Shown: positions 6,767 through 15,636 of the stretch, one piece after another
Numbering within the stretch: the stretch's first letter is position 1
How the letters are laid out: each line of letters opens with the position of its first letter
Virus record (IMG/VR): IMGVR_UViG_3300047552_000028
Coordinates: 1-24,967 of that record
Reading direction: 5' to 3' (one strand)
Source of the DNA: a virus
Taxonomy: Duplodnaviria; Caudoviricetes
Length of the DNA: 24,967 nt
Notes under the pieces: generated by a model
Database searches by the model: none
What the model saw: the letters and a program-made list of their open reading frames with translations, nothing else
What the model was told of the DNA's origin: nothing
Made by a program: the position numbers and the translations under genes

Positions 6767-8006
6767 ACTAGATTTCCCTGAAAAACTGGGATTCTTGTTT
6801 GAGCCTCATCGTTACAAGATCCTCTACGGTGGTAGGGGGTCTGGTAAGTCTTGGGGCGTGGCAAGGGCTTTGATTGCGATTGCAGTCCAAAAGCCTACAA
6901 GGGTTCTTTGCGCTCGTGAGTTGCAGAACTCGATCTCAGACTCGGTGATTGCGCTATTGGGCGACCAGATCAAAGAAATGGGACTTGAATCGTTCTTTGA
7001 CGTACAGAGGACAGCTATCTACGGAAAGAACGGCTCAGAGTTCTTATTTGCTGGTTTAAAGCATAACGTGACCTCGATCAAGTCATTCGAGGGATGCGAT
7101 GTTTGCTGGATCGAGGAAGGGCAAGCTGTTTCTAAGGTGTCTTGGGAAACTTTGATTCCTACGATTCGCAAGCCTGGTTCTGAGATTTGGGTGACGTTTA
7201 ACCCTGACTTGGACACAGACGAGACTTACAAGCGTTTCGTGGTTAATCCTCCACCAAGCGCAAAAGTTGCCAAGGTCAACTGGTCTGACAATCCTTGGTT
7301 TCCTGATGTTCTGAAAGAGGAACTGGAAGACCTCAAGGCTAAGAACATGGATTCTTACCTGAACGTCTGGGAAGGACACACCCGTCAGATGCTTGATGGG
7401 GCTGTGTACGCTAACGAACTGCGTAAGGCCCAGGAAGACAACCGAATCCGTGAACTGATTATTGACAAGTCAATCCCTGTCCAAACCTTCTGGGACTTGG
7501 GATGGGCCGATATGACTTCAATCTGGTTCGTCCAGGTTATTGCTGGTGGTGAGGTTCGGGTGATTGACTTCTACCAAAACTGCCAGAAAACCATCGACCA
7601 TTACGCTCAAGTCTTGCAAGACAGAGGGTATATCTACAAGGATTGGTGGTTGCCGCACGATGCTGAAAACAAGAATATGACTGGTAAATCGGTCAAGGAT
7701 ATTCTTGAAGGCATGGGTAAACCAGTCAGAATCACGCCTAAATTGTCCATTGCTGACGGTATTAACGCAGCTCGGACATTATTGGGACGATGCTTTATTG
7801 ACGCTACAAAATGCGCTGATGGGCTTCAAAACCTGCGTCATTACCGCTATGACGTTGACCCAAATACCAAGATGTTCTCGAATAAGCCACTGCACGATCA
7901 GCACTCACACGCTGCTGACGCATGGCGCTATGTGGCCGTTGGACTGGATGAAAACACTGGTTCATGGGGCAAATCTATCAACAAACCAGCAAAATGGGTG
8001 GTCTAA
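6756..8006 (+). CDS. terL: terminase large subunit (PBSX/XtmB-like)
   Basis: Walker A YGGRGSGKS, CARE, Walker B WIEEG, TFNP coupling motif, nuclease WDLG and HAADA.RY. Confidence 0.97.
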   Translation: MNLELDFPEKLGFLFEPHRYKILYGGRGSGKSWGVARALIAIAVQKPTRVLCARELQNSISDSVIALLGDQIKEMGLESFFDVQRTAIYGKNGSEFLFAGLKHNVTSIKSFEGCDVCWIEEGQAVSKVSWETLIPTIRKPGSEIWVTFNPDLDTDETYKRFVVNPPPSAKVAKVNWSDNPWFPDVLKEELEDLKAKNMDSYLNVWEGHTRQMLDGAVYANELRKAQEDNRIRELIIDKSIPVQTFWDLGWADMTSIWFVQVIAGGEVRVIDFYQNCQKTIDHYAQVLQDRGYIYKDWWLPHDAENKNMTGKSVKDILEGMGKPVRITPKLSIADGINAARTLLGRCFIDATKCADGLQNLRHYRYDVDPNTKMFSNKPLHDQHSHAADAWRYVAVGLDENTGSWGKSINKPAKWVV

Positions 8007-8189
8007 ATGTTCATGATGAAGCAAGGCGATATTACGAACGCCAAACGGGTTAATGATCTTGAAAAGCGTATTGAAATGCTTGAAACTATGGTAAAGGCAT
8101 TACAATTGTCAGAACGCCCAAAGGCTGGGCGACCCCCAAAGGTATCAAATGAACCAAGACTTAAAGGCGATTCTCCAAGCGGAGATTGA
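8007..8189 (+). CDS. small hypothetical protein (coiled coil + GRPPK), 60 aa
   Basis: Starts directly after the terL stop; overlaps the portal start by 41 nt. Confidence 0.55.
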   Translation: MFMMKQGDITNAKRVNDLEKRIEMLETMVKALQLSERPKAGRPPKVSNEPRLKGDSPSGD

Positions 8190-10290
8190 TAACGCAATTG
8201 GCTTTATCGAGAGCGAAACGGTAGAGCAACGAAAGCAAGCACTTCAAGCATACTTGCGTCAACCTTACGGCAATGAGGTGGCTGGCAAGTCTTCTATCGT
8301 TACTGGTGAAGTTGCTGAAGCCATTGATGGTGCAATGCCGCCTTTGATGCGAATCTTCACTGGTTCTGATCAGATTGTTTTGGCTAATCCTACTGGCCCT
8401 GGCGATGAAGCTGGCGCTAAACAGGTCACTGACTACCTAAACTACATCTTTCTGGAAGACAACCAAGGCGTGATCTTGATGCACGACTGGTTTAAAGATG
8501 CTTTGATGCAAAAGAACGGCATCGTTAAAGCATATTGGGAAGACAAAGAAGACGTTACCAAAGAGACTTATCAAGGTCTGTCTGATGATGAGCTGGCCTT
8601 GATGATGCAAGACAAAGACTTGGAGATTGTCGAGCAAGACACCCAGGAATTTCCCGTTGTTGATCCGATGGGTATGCCTATCATGAATCAAGACGGTTCG
8701 CCTGCTACTTATGGCATCCATGATGTCAAAGTTAGCAAAAAGGTGAAGTCTGGCAAGGTGACTATTGAGAACGTTCCTCCAGAGGAGTTCTTGATCTCCA
8801 AAAAGGGCGTGAAGATTGAATCAGCGCCTTTTGTTGCTCACCGTCAGATGATTACTCGCAGCGACTTGATCGCTATGGGTTTTGATGAAGACACAGTGAA
8901 CAGCTTGCCTTCTGGTGATGCTTTGTCCTATACACCTGAGCGCGTAACACGTTACAGCCGTGGTGAACAGCCTGAAGATACTCAGTCTGAAGACAAGGCA
9001 ATGCAAGAGATTGAAGTCTTTGAGTGCTATATCCGCACTGATGAAGACGGTGATGGCATTGCTGAACTGCGCCAAGTGTTCTTTGCTGGCAATGAGATTC
9101 TGAGCAACGAAGAAGCGGACTATGTGCCCTTCTACTCTGTTTGCCCAATCCCAATTCCTCATAAGTTCTTTGGTAACTCACTGGCGGACCGTACGGTTGA
9201 CCTGCAACTGATTAAAACCACGGTTACCCGTCAGATGCTGGATAACCTGTATCTGACAAACAATGCCCGTGTAGTGGCTGTTGAAGGCCAGGTTAACTTG
9301 GATGACTTGCTGACCTCTACCGCTGGTGGTGTGATTCGTGCCAAGTCTCCAGGCGCTGTGACTCAGTTGAACGTGCAGAACGTGGCTCAACAGTCGTTCC
9401 CCATGTTGGAGTACTTGGATCGAGTTCAATCCAAGCGCACTGGCGTGACTGATGCAAGCCAAGGTCTTGATGCCTCTATCCTGCAAAACGTGACTGCTGC
9501 TGCTGTCGCCTCTATGCAGCAAGCTGGCGCTGGAAAGATCGAGATGATTGCCCGTATTTTTGCTGATACTGGTGTGCGTGATCTGTTCTACGGCATCTTG
9601 CACTTGGTCACCAAGTACCAGCAGAAAGAGCGCATCATTCGCTTGCGTGGTCAGTTTGTAGCTATTGACCCACGTACTTGGGCAAACAAGTATGACCTGA
9701 CTGTGAATGTCGGTTTGGGTAATGGCAACCGAGATCAACAGATGGCAATGCTGCAAATGGTCTTGGCAAAACAAGAGCAAATGCTGGCGCAGTTTGGCCC
9801 TGCTAACCCACTAGTGTCTATGGGTCAATATCGTTCGTCCTTGGGCCGTATGGTTGAAGCTGCTGGCTTTAAAGACTCTGCTGAGTTCTTCAAGCCTATT
9901 AGCCAAGAGCAAGACCAACAGTTGTCTAACCCACCTCAGCAACCGCCTCAGATGCCGCCAGAAGTGCAGGCATTGATGCAGAAGACTCAGGCTGATATTC
10001 AGGCTCAACAGGCTAAGTTTCAAGCTGATATGCAAATGCAACAGGCAAAGATGCAAGCTGACTTGGAATTTGAACGTCAGAAAGCCGCACTTGAGCTGCA
10101 ACTGCAGCGCGAGAAAGCCGCTGCTGAACTTCAGATCATGCGTGAGAAAGAAGCCTCAAAACTTCAGCTTGAGCGTGAGAAGATGAATATGCACTTTGCA
10201 ATGAAAGAGCAAGAATTCCAAGCTGAGGCACAGCTGAAGGCCATGAAGGTCGGTGCTGGCATTACTTCTAACGTGGAGATTCCAGGATGA
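8149..10290 (+). CDS. portal protein (P22/SU10-like, with C-terminal Gln-rich coiled-coil barrel)
   Basis: 713 aa after terL; D.L....G..K..W, VPPEEFL, PIPH.FFG.S, TG......G motifs; long Q/E/A helical tail. Confidence 0.93.
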   Translation: MNQDLKAILQAEIDNAIGFIESETVEQRKQALQAYLRQPYGNEVAGKSSIVTGEVAEAIDGAMPPLMRIFTGSDQIVLANPTGPGDEAGAKQVTDYLNYIFLEDNQGVILMHDWFKDALMQKNGIVKAYWEDKEDVTKETYQGLSDDELALMMQDKDLEIVEQDTQEFPVVDPMGMPIMNQDGSPATYGIHDVKVSKKVKSGKVTIENVPPEEFLISKKGVKIESAPFVAHRQMITRSDLIAMGFDEDTVNSLPSGDALSYTPERVTRYSRGEQPEDTQSEDKAMQEIEVFECYIRTDEDGDGIAELRQVFFAGNEILSNEEADYVPFYSVCPIPIPHKFFGNSLADRTVDLQLIKTTVTRQMLDNLYLTNNARVVAVEGQVNLDDLLTSTAGGVIRAKSPGAVTQLNVQNVAQQSFPMLEYLDRVQSKRTGVTDASQGLDASILQNVTAAAVASMQQAGAGKIEMIARIFADTGVRDLFYGILHLVTKYQQKERIIRLRGQFVAIDPRTWANKYDLTVNVGLGNGNRDQQMAMLQMVLAKQEQMLAQFGPANPLVSMGQYRSSLGRMVEAAGFKDSAEFFKPISQEQDQQLSNPPQQPPQMPPEVQALMQKTQADIQAQQAKFQADMQMQQAKMQADLEFERQKAALELQLQREKAAAELQIMREKEASKLQLEREKMNMHFAMKEQEFQAEAQLKAMKVGAGITSNVEIPG

Positions 10291-10664
10291 CACCAAAGGA
10301 AATTCTTGAGATAGATGCAAAACGCAATCATCCACCAGGAACTGTTGCAGGCAACTTAATGGCTGACATTAATGACGATCTTCGTCAGGGCGGTCATCTT
10401 GTTCAAGATGGTAATGTTTTGATTGTTTACAGAGCTGTTGAGCCAGGTATTGTTGAGCATCACAGCTTCAATGCAGATACTCCTCAAAATCTTTCTGATG
10501 CTAATAAAAAGCTATGGCGTATGCTTAAGAAGGCAGGCGCTAAGATTGCTCGTACATATTACGAAAATCCAAAAATAACCAAGCTGTTTGAAGCTGCAAT
10601 GGGTGAATTTGATATATCCATTACAGAACAAGATGGTGGTTTTATGGCAGAAGTGAGGCTGTAA
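10287..10664 (+). CDS. hypothetical protein, 125 aa (possible degenerate GNAT-like fold)
   Basis: ATGA-coupled to portal, TAATG-coupled to the next gene. Fold is a guess from the alpha/beta pattern only. Confidence 0.65.
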   Translation: MTPKEILEIDAKRNHPPGTVAGNLMADINDDLRQGGHLVQDGNVLIVYRAVEPGIVEHHSFNADTPQNLSDANKKLWRMLKKAGAKIARTYYENPKITKLFEAAMGEFDISITEQDGGFMAEVRL

Positions 10665-12040
10665 TGGGATATGCAAGAAAAAAACTTGGTATTGAACTTA
10701 ATCCAATTAACATTATTGAAAGTGCTGGACGTAAGATTGATAGCGAGATTATTCAACCAGTAGCAAATACTATTGAATCTATTGCTGAGAATCCTGCTGC
10801 ACTTGTTGCGATTGGTTTATCTATTGCTGCTCCTGGCATTGGTACTGCTATTGGCGCTTCACTTGGTGCTTCTGGTGCTGCTGCAACTGCTATTGGTAAT
10901 GCAGTTATCAGTGGAACTATTGCTGAGGCAACTGGTGGTGATTTCGCAAAAGGAGCAATCACTGGTGCTGCTGGCAGCTTAATTGGTGGATATGTAGCGC
11001 CAGAAATATCGTCTGCTTTAGGTTCTGAAACTGCTGGACGAGCCATTACTGGTGGTCTTTTGTCAGAAGCACAAGGCGGTGATTTCCTTACTGGCGCAAC
11101 AATGGGGGGAATCTCTGGCGCTGCAAATGAGGCAAAACTGTCTGCTGCTGGCGATTACCTGTCTAGCCAAGAAACAGGGCCAAATGCCTACAACGATGCC
11201 GTGAGTAATGCTCAGGCTGGTTATGAAAGTATGCTTGCTGAAGCTGGTCTAATGCCTCCAGTTGACACTTCATTCACGCCTGATTATTCGCTTTCATCTG
11301 GTGCACCAGTTATTCCAGATATGGGCGCTCAAGGCATTCAGGTTCCAACAATCAATGAAGTGATTGATGTTGTGAATACTCCTGTTGATTATTCTTTGCC
11401 AATTCCTGATTCTGGACTTGGTCTGCAAGTTCCATCGTCTGGTGTTTCGCTTGGTGATCCAAACTCATTTATCAATCAACCAGCACCAAATGTTGATGTA
11501 AATATCCCTGAAGTCGTTGAAAAGCCAATGACTCAAGCAGAGTTGGACAAAGAACTTGCAAAGATTGATCTTGCAAAAGCAGCCGCTGGATTGGTTGCTC
11601 CTTCTTTGTTGGCTGCTGGTGTTGCTGCTGCTACAAGTGGTGGAGAAGAACAAACTGGTTATCCAATTGTTCCTGTTCCAGGTTCTTGGAAATCTCCTGA
11701 ATACAACAAAGCATTTCAAGAATCAGCACCTGTTGATTTTGGTACTCGCGCATTGTTGCAAGGTACACAATGGGAAAATGCTCCAGCACCTCAGTCAATC
11801 TCATCATTAATTAACACGCTGAACAATCAATATATGCCAATGAACGCATTGCCTCAAGTTGCAAGCAATCAGGTCATTGGGAATATTGGTGAAACTCCAG
11901 TTTCTATTGATGACATCATTGCAAGTATTGGTAAAACAGGCCCACAAGCGTATGATATGAATAAGACAATTGGTCAGCTTAATAATGCACCCGCATCATT
12001 GGCAAGCATCATTTCAGGAATTCAAAGCCAGTATGGATAA
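10664..12040 (+). CDS. Gly/Ala-rich protein with hydrophobic glycine-zipper segments (possible internal virion/ejection protein)
   Basis: GAGG SD; hydrophobic ALVAIGLSIAAPGIGTAIGASLG; GGDF repeats; Pro/acidic low-complexity middle. Confidence 0.7.
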   Translation: MGYARKKLGIELNPINIIESAGRKIDSEIIQPVANTIESIAENPAALVAIGLSIAAPGIGTAIGASLGASGAAATAIGNAVISGTIAEATGGDFAKGAITGAAGSLIGGYVAPEISSALGSETAGRAITGGLLSEAQGGDFLTGATMGGISGAANEAKLSAAGDYLSSQETGPNAYNDAVSNAQAGYESMLAEAGLMPPVDTSFTPDYSLSSGAPVIPDMGAQGIQVPTINEVIDVVNTPVDYSLPIPDSGLGLQVPSSGVSLGDPNSFINQPAPNVDVNIPEVVEKPMTQAELDKELAKIDLAKAAAGLVAPSLLAAGVAAATSGGEEQTGYPIVPVPGSWKSPEYNKAFQESAPVDFGTRALLQGTQWENAPAPQSISSLINTLNNQYMPMNALPQVASNQVIGNIGETPVSIDDIIASIGKTGPQAYDMNKTIGQLNNAPASLASIISGIQSQYG

Positions 12041-12272
12041 AAAACTTCAGGCTCAGTGGGCCTCTAATCTGCTAAATGACGACTTTTTCATAAAAGTCAT
12101 GGATGATTTGAAAAATCAGCAGATTAGTGTGATAATTAACACAAATCGAGATGAGGTTGATGAACGGGAAGCCGCTTATAGCCACATCAAGACGCTTGAT
12201 CTTTTCCTTGGACATTTGCAAGGCATTGCCGCAGAAACAAAGATTCAAGAGAAAAAGTGGAAGATTCTGTGA
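12033..12272 (+). CDS. small helical protein preceding the scaffold, 79 aa (start revised from 11970)
   Basis: MDKKLQAQWASNLLNDDFF...EREAAY; overlaps the upstream stop; typical portal-scaffold intervening gene. Confidence 0.75.
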   Translation: MDKKLQAQWASNLLNDDFFIKVMDDLKNQQISVIINTNRDEVDEREAAYSHIKTLDLFLGHLQGIAAETKIQEKKWKIL

Positions 12273-12322
12273 GGGAACTCACCCGCTGTCTGGACGGTTT
12301 CCAGCGATTTTCGAGATGAAAT

Positions 12323-13270
12323 ATGGAAAACACCAACCCGCAAGGGAGTGAAAGCCTGAACGTAAACCAAGCCGCTAATGCGTTTCTGGGTTTGATGGGT
12401 GATGACAATGGAGCCGAAGAAGGCCAACCGGAAGAATCAACCGAAGAACTTGAAGCGAGTGGTGAAGTTGAATCTGATGAAACTGAGTATTCAGAAGAAT
12501 CAGAGCCTGTAGAGGAAGTAAAACCCCGCTACAAGGCTAAAGTCGGTGGTGAGGAAGTCGAGGTTGAACTTGACGAACTGATTAACGGCTATCAACGTAG
12601 CAAGGATTACACCCAAAAGTCTCAAGCTCTTGCTGAACAGCGTAAGGCTATTGAAGCTGAACGCCAACATCTTGAGCAAGTAAAACAAGAGCGACAAGCA
12701 TACGCCCAGAAACTACAGGCTTTGGATAGCTTCCTGAGTCAGCAGAATAAGGGTGAGGATTTGGAAGTTCTGAAAGAGACAGACCCGATCGGTTATGCCG
12801 TGAAGGTAGCTGAACAGAGCCAACGTGAGAAGCAATTGGCAGTCGTTCGAGCTGAACAGCAACGCATTGCACAACAGCAACAAGCCGAGCAGCAGCAGAA
12901 TCTGCAAAACCATCTCAAGTATGAGTCTGAAAAGCTCGCGTCTGTTATTCCAGAACTGGCTACGCCAAAAGGTGACGCTATCCGGAAAGAGATCCGTGAA
13001 TACGCAAAATCTGTTGGATGGTCAGATCAAGAACTCGCCTCAGTGTATGACCATCGCGCTGTGTTGACTTTGTATAAAGCAATGAAGTTTGAGCAACTTC
13101 AAAAGGGCAAACCTGAGACTTTGAAGAAAGTCCAGCAAGCTCCAAAGATGCTCAAACCCGGAACTTCAACGCCTAATCCGAAGTCGGCCCAAGAGAAACA
13201 AGTGATGCAGAAACTGCGACAAACTGGACGAGTCCAAGACGCAGCCAAAGCATTTGAACGATTCCTTTAA
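12323..13270 (+). CDS. capsid scaffolding protein
   Basis: Acidic N-terminus, KVGGEEVEVELDELINGYQR..DYT.K.Q, coiled coil; directly upstream of the capsid gene. Confidence 0.88.
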   Translation: MENTNPQGSESLNVNQAANAFLGLMGDDNGAEEGQPEESTEELEASGEVESDETEYSEESEPVEEVKPRYKAKVGGEEVEVELDELINGYQRSKDYTQKSQALAEQRKAIEAERQHLEQVKQERQAYAQKLQALDSFLSQQNKGEDLEVLKETDPIGYAVKVAEQSQREKQLAVVRAEQQRIAQQQQAEQQQNLQNHLKYESEKLASVIPELATPKGDAIRKEIREYAKSVGWSDQELASVYDHRAVLTLYKAMKFEQLQKGKPETLKKVQQAPKMLKPGTSTPNPKSAQEKQVMQKLRQTGRVQDAAKAFERFL

Positions 13271-13288
13271 TTTTTTGGAGCTTTAAAA

Positions 13289-14233
13289 ATGGCAACCTAT
13301 CAAACCTACACGGCCATCGGCCAACGTGAAGACCTGTCTGACGTTATCTATAACATCAGCCCCACCGACACTCCTCTGATGTCGTCCATCGGCAAAACCA
13401 AAGCTACCGCTACTTATCACGAGTGGCAGACTGACAGCTTGGCCGCTGCTGCTTTGGGTGGCGCTGTTGAAGGTGCTGACGCTTCTAGCATCACCGCCTC
13501 GCCCACTACCCGTATCGGCAACCGCACTCAGATTTTCACTAAATCTGTGGCTGTGGCTGGCACTTTGGAAGCTATCGACAAAGCTGGTCGCAAGTCTGAA
13601 AAGGCTTACCAACTGGCTAAAGTGTCGAGCGAACTGAAGCGCAACATCGAACTGACCCTGTTGTCGAACCAACTGTCTGCTGCTGGCAACTCCAGCACCG
13701 CCCGTACTCTGGGTGGCCTGCAAGCCTGGATCGCTACCAACGGTGATTTCGGTACTTCTGGCGTGGCTGGTGCTTCTGGTACTACCGCTCGTACTGACGG
13801 TACTGACCGCACTTTCACTGAAGACATCCTGAAGACTGTCGTTAAAGAAGTTTACGCTTCTGGCGGCGATCCAAAGGTTCTGATGGTGAACCCTGCTCAC
13901 AAGCAAGTCGTGTCTGCTTTTGCTGGTATCGCTGCTCAACGTTTCATGGCTCCCGCCAACACTCCTACGACCATCGTGGGCGCTGCTGACGTGTACATGA
14001 GCGATTTCGGCACTATCTCGGTGGTTCCTAACCGTCTGATGAATAGCACCAACGCTTGCGATGAAACCGCCTTCGTGCTCGATCCCGATATGCTGGCTGT
14101 TGCTTACCTGCGCCCATTCGAGACTATCGAACTGGCTAAGACTGGTGACGCTGAGAAGACCCAACTGTTAGCCGAATTGACACTTGAAGTGAAAAATGAA
14201 AGTGCCTTGGGCATCATTGCCGACCTGAGCTAA
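13289..14233 (+). CDS. major capsid protein (DUF5309/SU10-like, HK97 fold)
   Basis: REDLSD.IYNISPTDTP, HEWQTD.L, N.TQIF.K, ELKR.IE, Y.SDFG, LRP, LAKTGD; strong codon bias; GGAG SD; followed by a terminator. Confidence 0.93.
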   Translation: MATYQTYTAIGQREDLSDVIYNISPTDTPLMSSIGKTKATATYHEWQTDSLAAAALGGAVEGADASSITASPTTRIGNRTQIFTKSVAVAGTLEAIDKAGRKSEKAYQLAKVSSELKRNIELTLLSNQLSAAGNSSTARTLGGLQAWIATNGDFGTSGVAGASGTTARTDGTDRTFTEDILKTVVKEVYASGGDPKVLMVNPAHKQVVSAFAGIAAQRFMAPANTPTTIVGAADVYMSDFGTISVVPNRLMNSTNACDETAFVLDPDMLAVAYLRPFETIELAKTGDAEKTQLLAELTLEVKNESALGIIADLS

Positions 14234-14250
14234 TCTGACGTAAGTTAGAT

Positions 14251-14290
14251 AAAAGCCTCCCTTGGTAAACCTTGGGTGGCTTTTTTCTTT
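14251..14290 (+). terminator. intrinsic terminator after the major capsid gene
   Basis: AAAAGCC-TCCC...GGGT-GGCTTTT imperfect stem followed by a T tract. Confidence 0.75.
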
Positions 14291-14315
14291 ACCATTGCAA
14301 TGTTAGAATTCAATC

Positions 14316-14627
14316 ATGGAAAACCCTACATTTCGCAAATCTGTTGCTCACGCTGACGGTGAAGGCGGTTTGATTATTCAATCTGTTCAGGATGTTTCTG
14401 AATTGGTTGAACGAAACAAGCAAGAATTCAACAGCTACGATGAGCGAGCCAAATGGTCTGATGACTTATATGGCAATAAAGTTGCGTCAATTCCATTCAA
14501 TGCGATTGATGAACTAAACCATAAAGGCATCATGCGTGGTTTTCATGTGGTTGATAACGCTCGATTTGCTATGTGGCTTAATGACCCAGAAAATCGTGCA
14601 TGGCGTACGCGCCCAGGGGTAATCTAA
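14316..14627 (+). CDS. hypothetical (virion-associated) protein, 103 aa
   Basis: QDV..LVE.N, VASIP, WLNDP.N..WRT motifs typical of the post-capsid gene in such phages. Confidence 0.75.
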   Translation: MENPTFRKSVAHADGEGGLIIQSVQDVSELVERNKQEFNSYDERAKWSDDLYGNKVASIPFNAIDELNHKGIMRGFHVVDNARFAMWLNDPENRAWRTRPGVI

Positions 14628-15244
14628 TGGCAATCACATCTTATGATGATTTGAAGTCAACTGTGGCGAGTTATTTGGCTCGCACTGACTTGACTGCAAT
14701 GATTCCAACATTCATTGACTTTGCTGAGGCACGTTTGTCGCGTGAACTTCGCACTCGTCAAATGCTCAAGAACGTCACAAGTCCAATGGTCGCTGGTGAA
14801 GCTAAGGTTTCTTTGCCAAATGACTTTTTGATGATCCGTGATATTTTCGTGCAGGGCAATCCTCGTACTGGTGTTGAGTATTGCTCGCCCAGTTCTTTCA
14901 GCCGTGAGACTCGTGCAGATCAATCTGGTAAGCCTGTTGATTACACAATTTACGGCACTGACTTTGTTTTCTCGCCAATTCCTGATGCTGCGTATACGCT
15001 TGAGTTGCTGTACTACGCTCGTCCAAGCCGATTGGATGAAGACACTTCTTCAAATGTGTTCTTGGCTAATTTCCCTGATGCTTTGTTGTACGCATCTTTG
15101 CTGGAAGCCGAACCATATTTGATGAATGATGCTCGTGTTACTACTTGGGGAACCATGTACGATAGAGCAATCAACGCCATTAACAAAGCCGATGATGAAG
15201 GCGAGTATTCTGGTGTTCCATTGGCAATTAAAAACGTGAGGTAA
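14627..15244 (+). CDS. head-tail adaptor / tail tubular protein A-like, 205 aa (start revised from 14600)
   Basis: TAATG coupling; Y..L...VA.YL.R.DL...IP.FI..AE.RL.R.LR, LP.DFL, P.PD..Y, PD.LLY..L.EA. Confidence 0.8.
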   Translation: MAITSYDDLKSTVASYLARTDLTAMIPTFIDFAEARLSRELRTRQMLKNVTSPMVAGEAKVSLPNDFLMIRDIFVQGNPRTGVEYCSPSSFSRETRADQSGKPVDYTIYGTDFVFSPIPDAAYTLELLYYARPSRLDEDTSSNVFLANFPDALLYASLLEAEPYLMNDARVTTWGTMYDRAINAINKADDEGEYSGVPLAIKNVR

Positions 15245-15246
15245 TC

Positions 15247-15633
15247 ATGGCTGAGTTTAGTAACTATCTTGAAAATGCGCTTATTAACGCAACACTCCGA
15301 GCAACTGCTTACACTAGCCCTTCTGCTGTGTATGTTGCTTTGTTCACATCTGATCCAACTGATGCTGGCTCGGGTACTGAAGTCTCTGGCGGCTCGTATG
15401 TCCGCAAACAAGTGACTTTTGGCGCTCCATCCAACGGTGTGACATCTAACAGTGCTGATGTGACTTTTGACCAAGCTACTGCCAACTGGGGTACTGTGTC
15501 GCACATCGGTATCTTTGATGCATCCACATCTGGCAACCTGCTGTATCACACGCCATTGACCAGCAGCAAAACCATTGAAACTGGCGACATCTTTAAGATT
15601 GCCACATCGTCTTTGGTCGTTACTCTGGCTTGA
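15247..15633 (+). CDS. small tail/virion structural protein, 128 aa
   Basis: GAGG SD; SNYLE, Y.ALFT.DP, EVSGG.Y.R, WGT..H.GI.DA...GN.L, K....GD.F motifs of a widespread phage tail protein. Confidence 0.8.
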   Translation: MAEFSNYLENALINATLRATAYTSPSAVYVALFTSDPTDAGSGTEVSGGSYVRKQVTFGAPSNGVTSNSADVTFDQATANWGTVSHIGIFDASTSGNLLYHTPLTSSKTIETGDIFKIATSSLVVTLA

Positions 15634-15636
15634 TAG

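Noticed and set aside
9900-10260. Gln-rich repeats at the portal C-terminus as a novel repeat element
   Set aside because: Explained by the coiled-coil barrel known from P22-like portals.
13283-14164. 293-aa minus-strand ORF opposite the capsid gene
   Set aside because: Expected from strong codon bias on the sense strand; no protein-like features.
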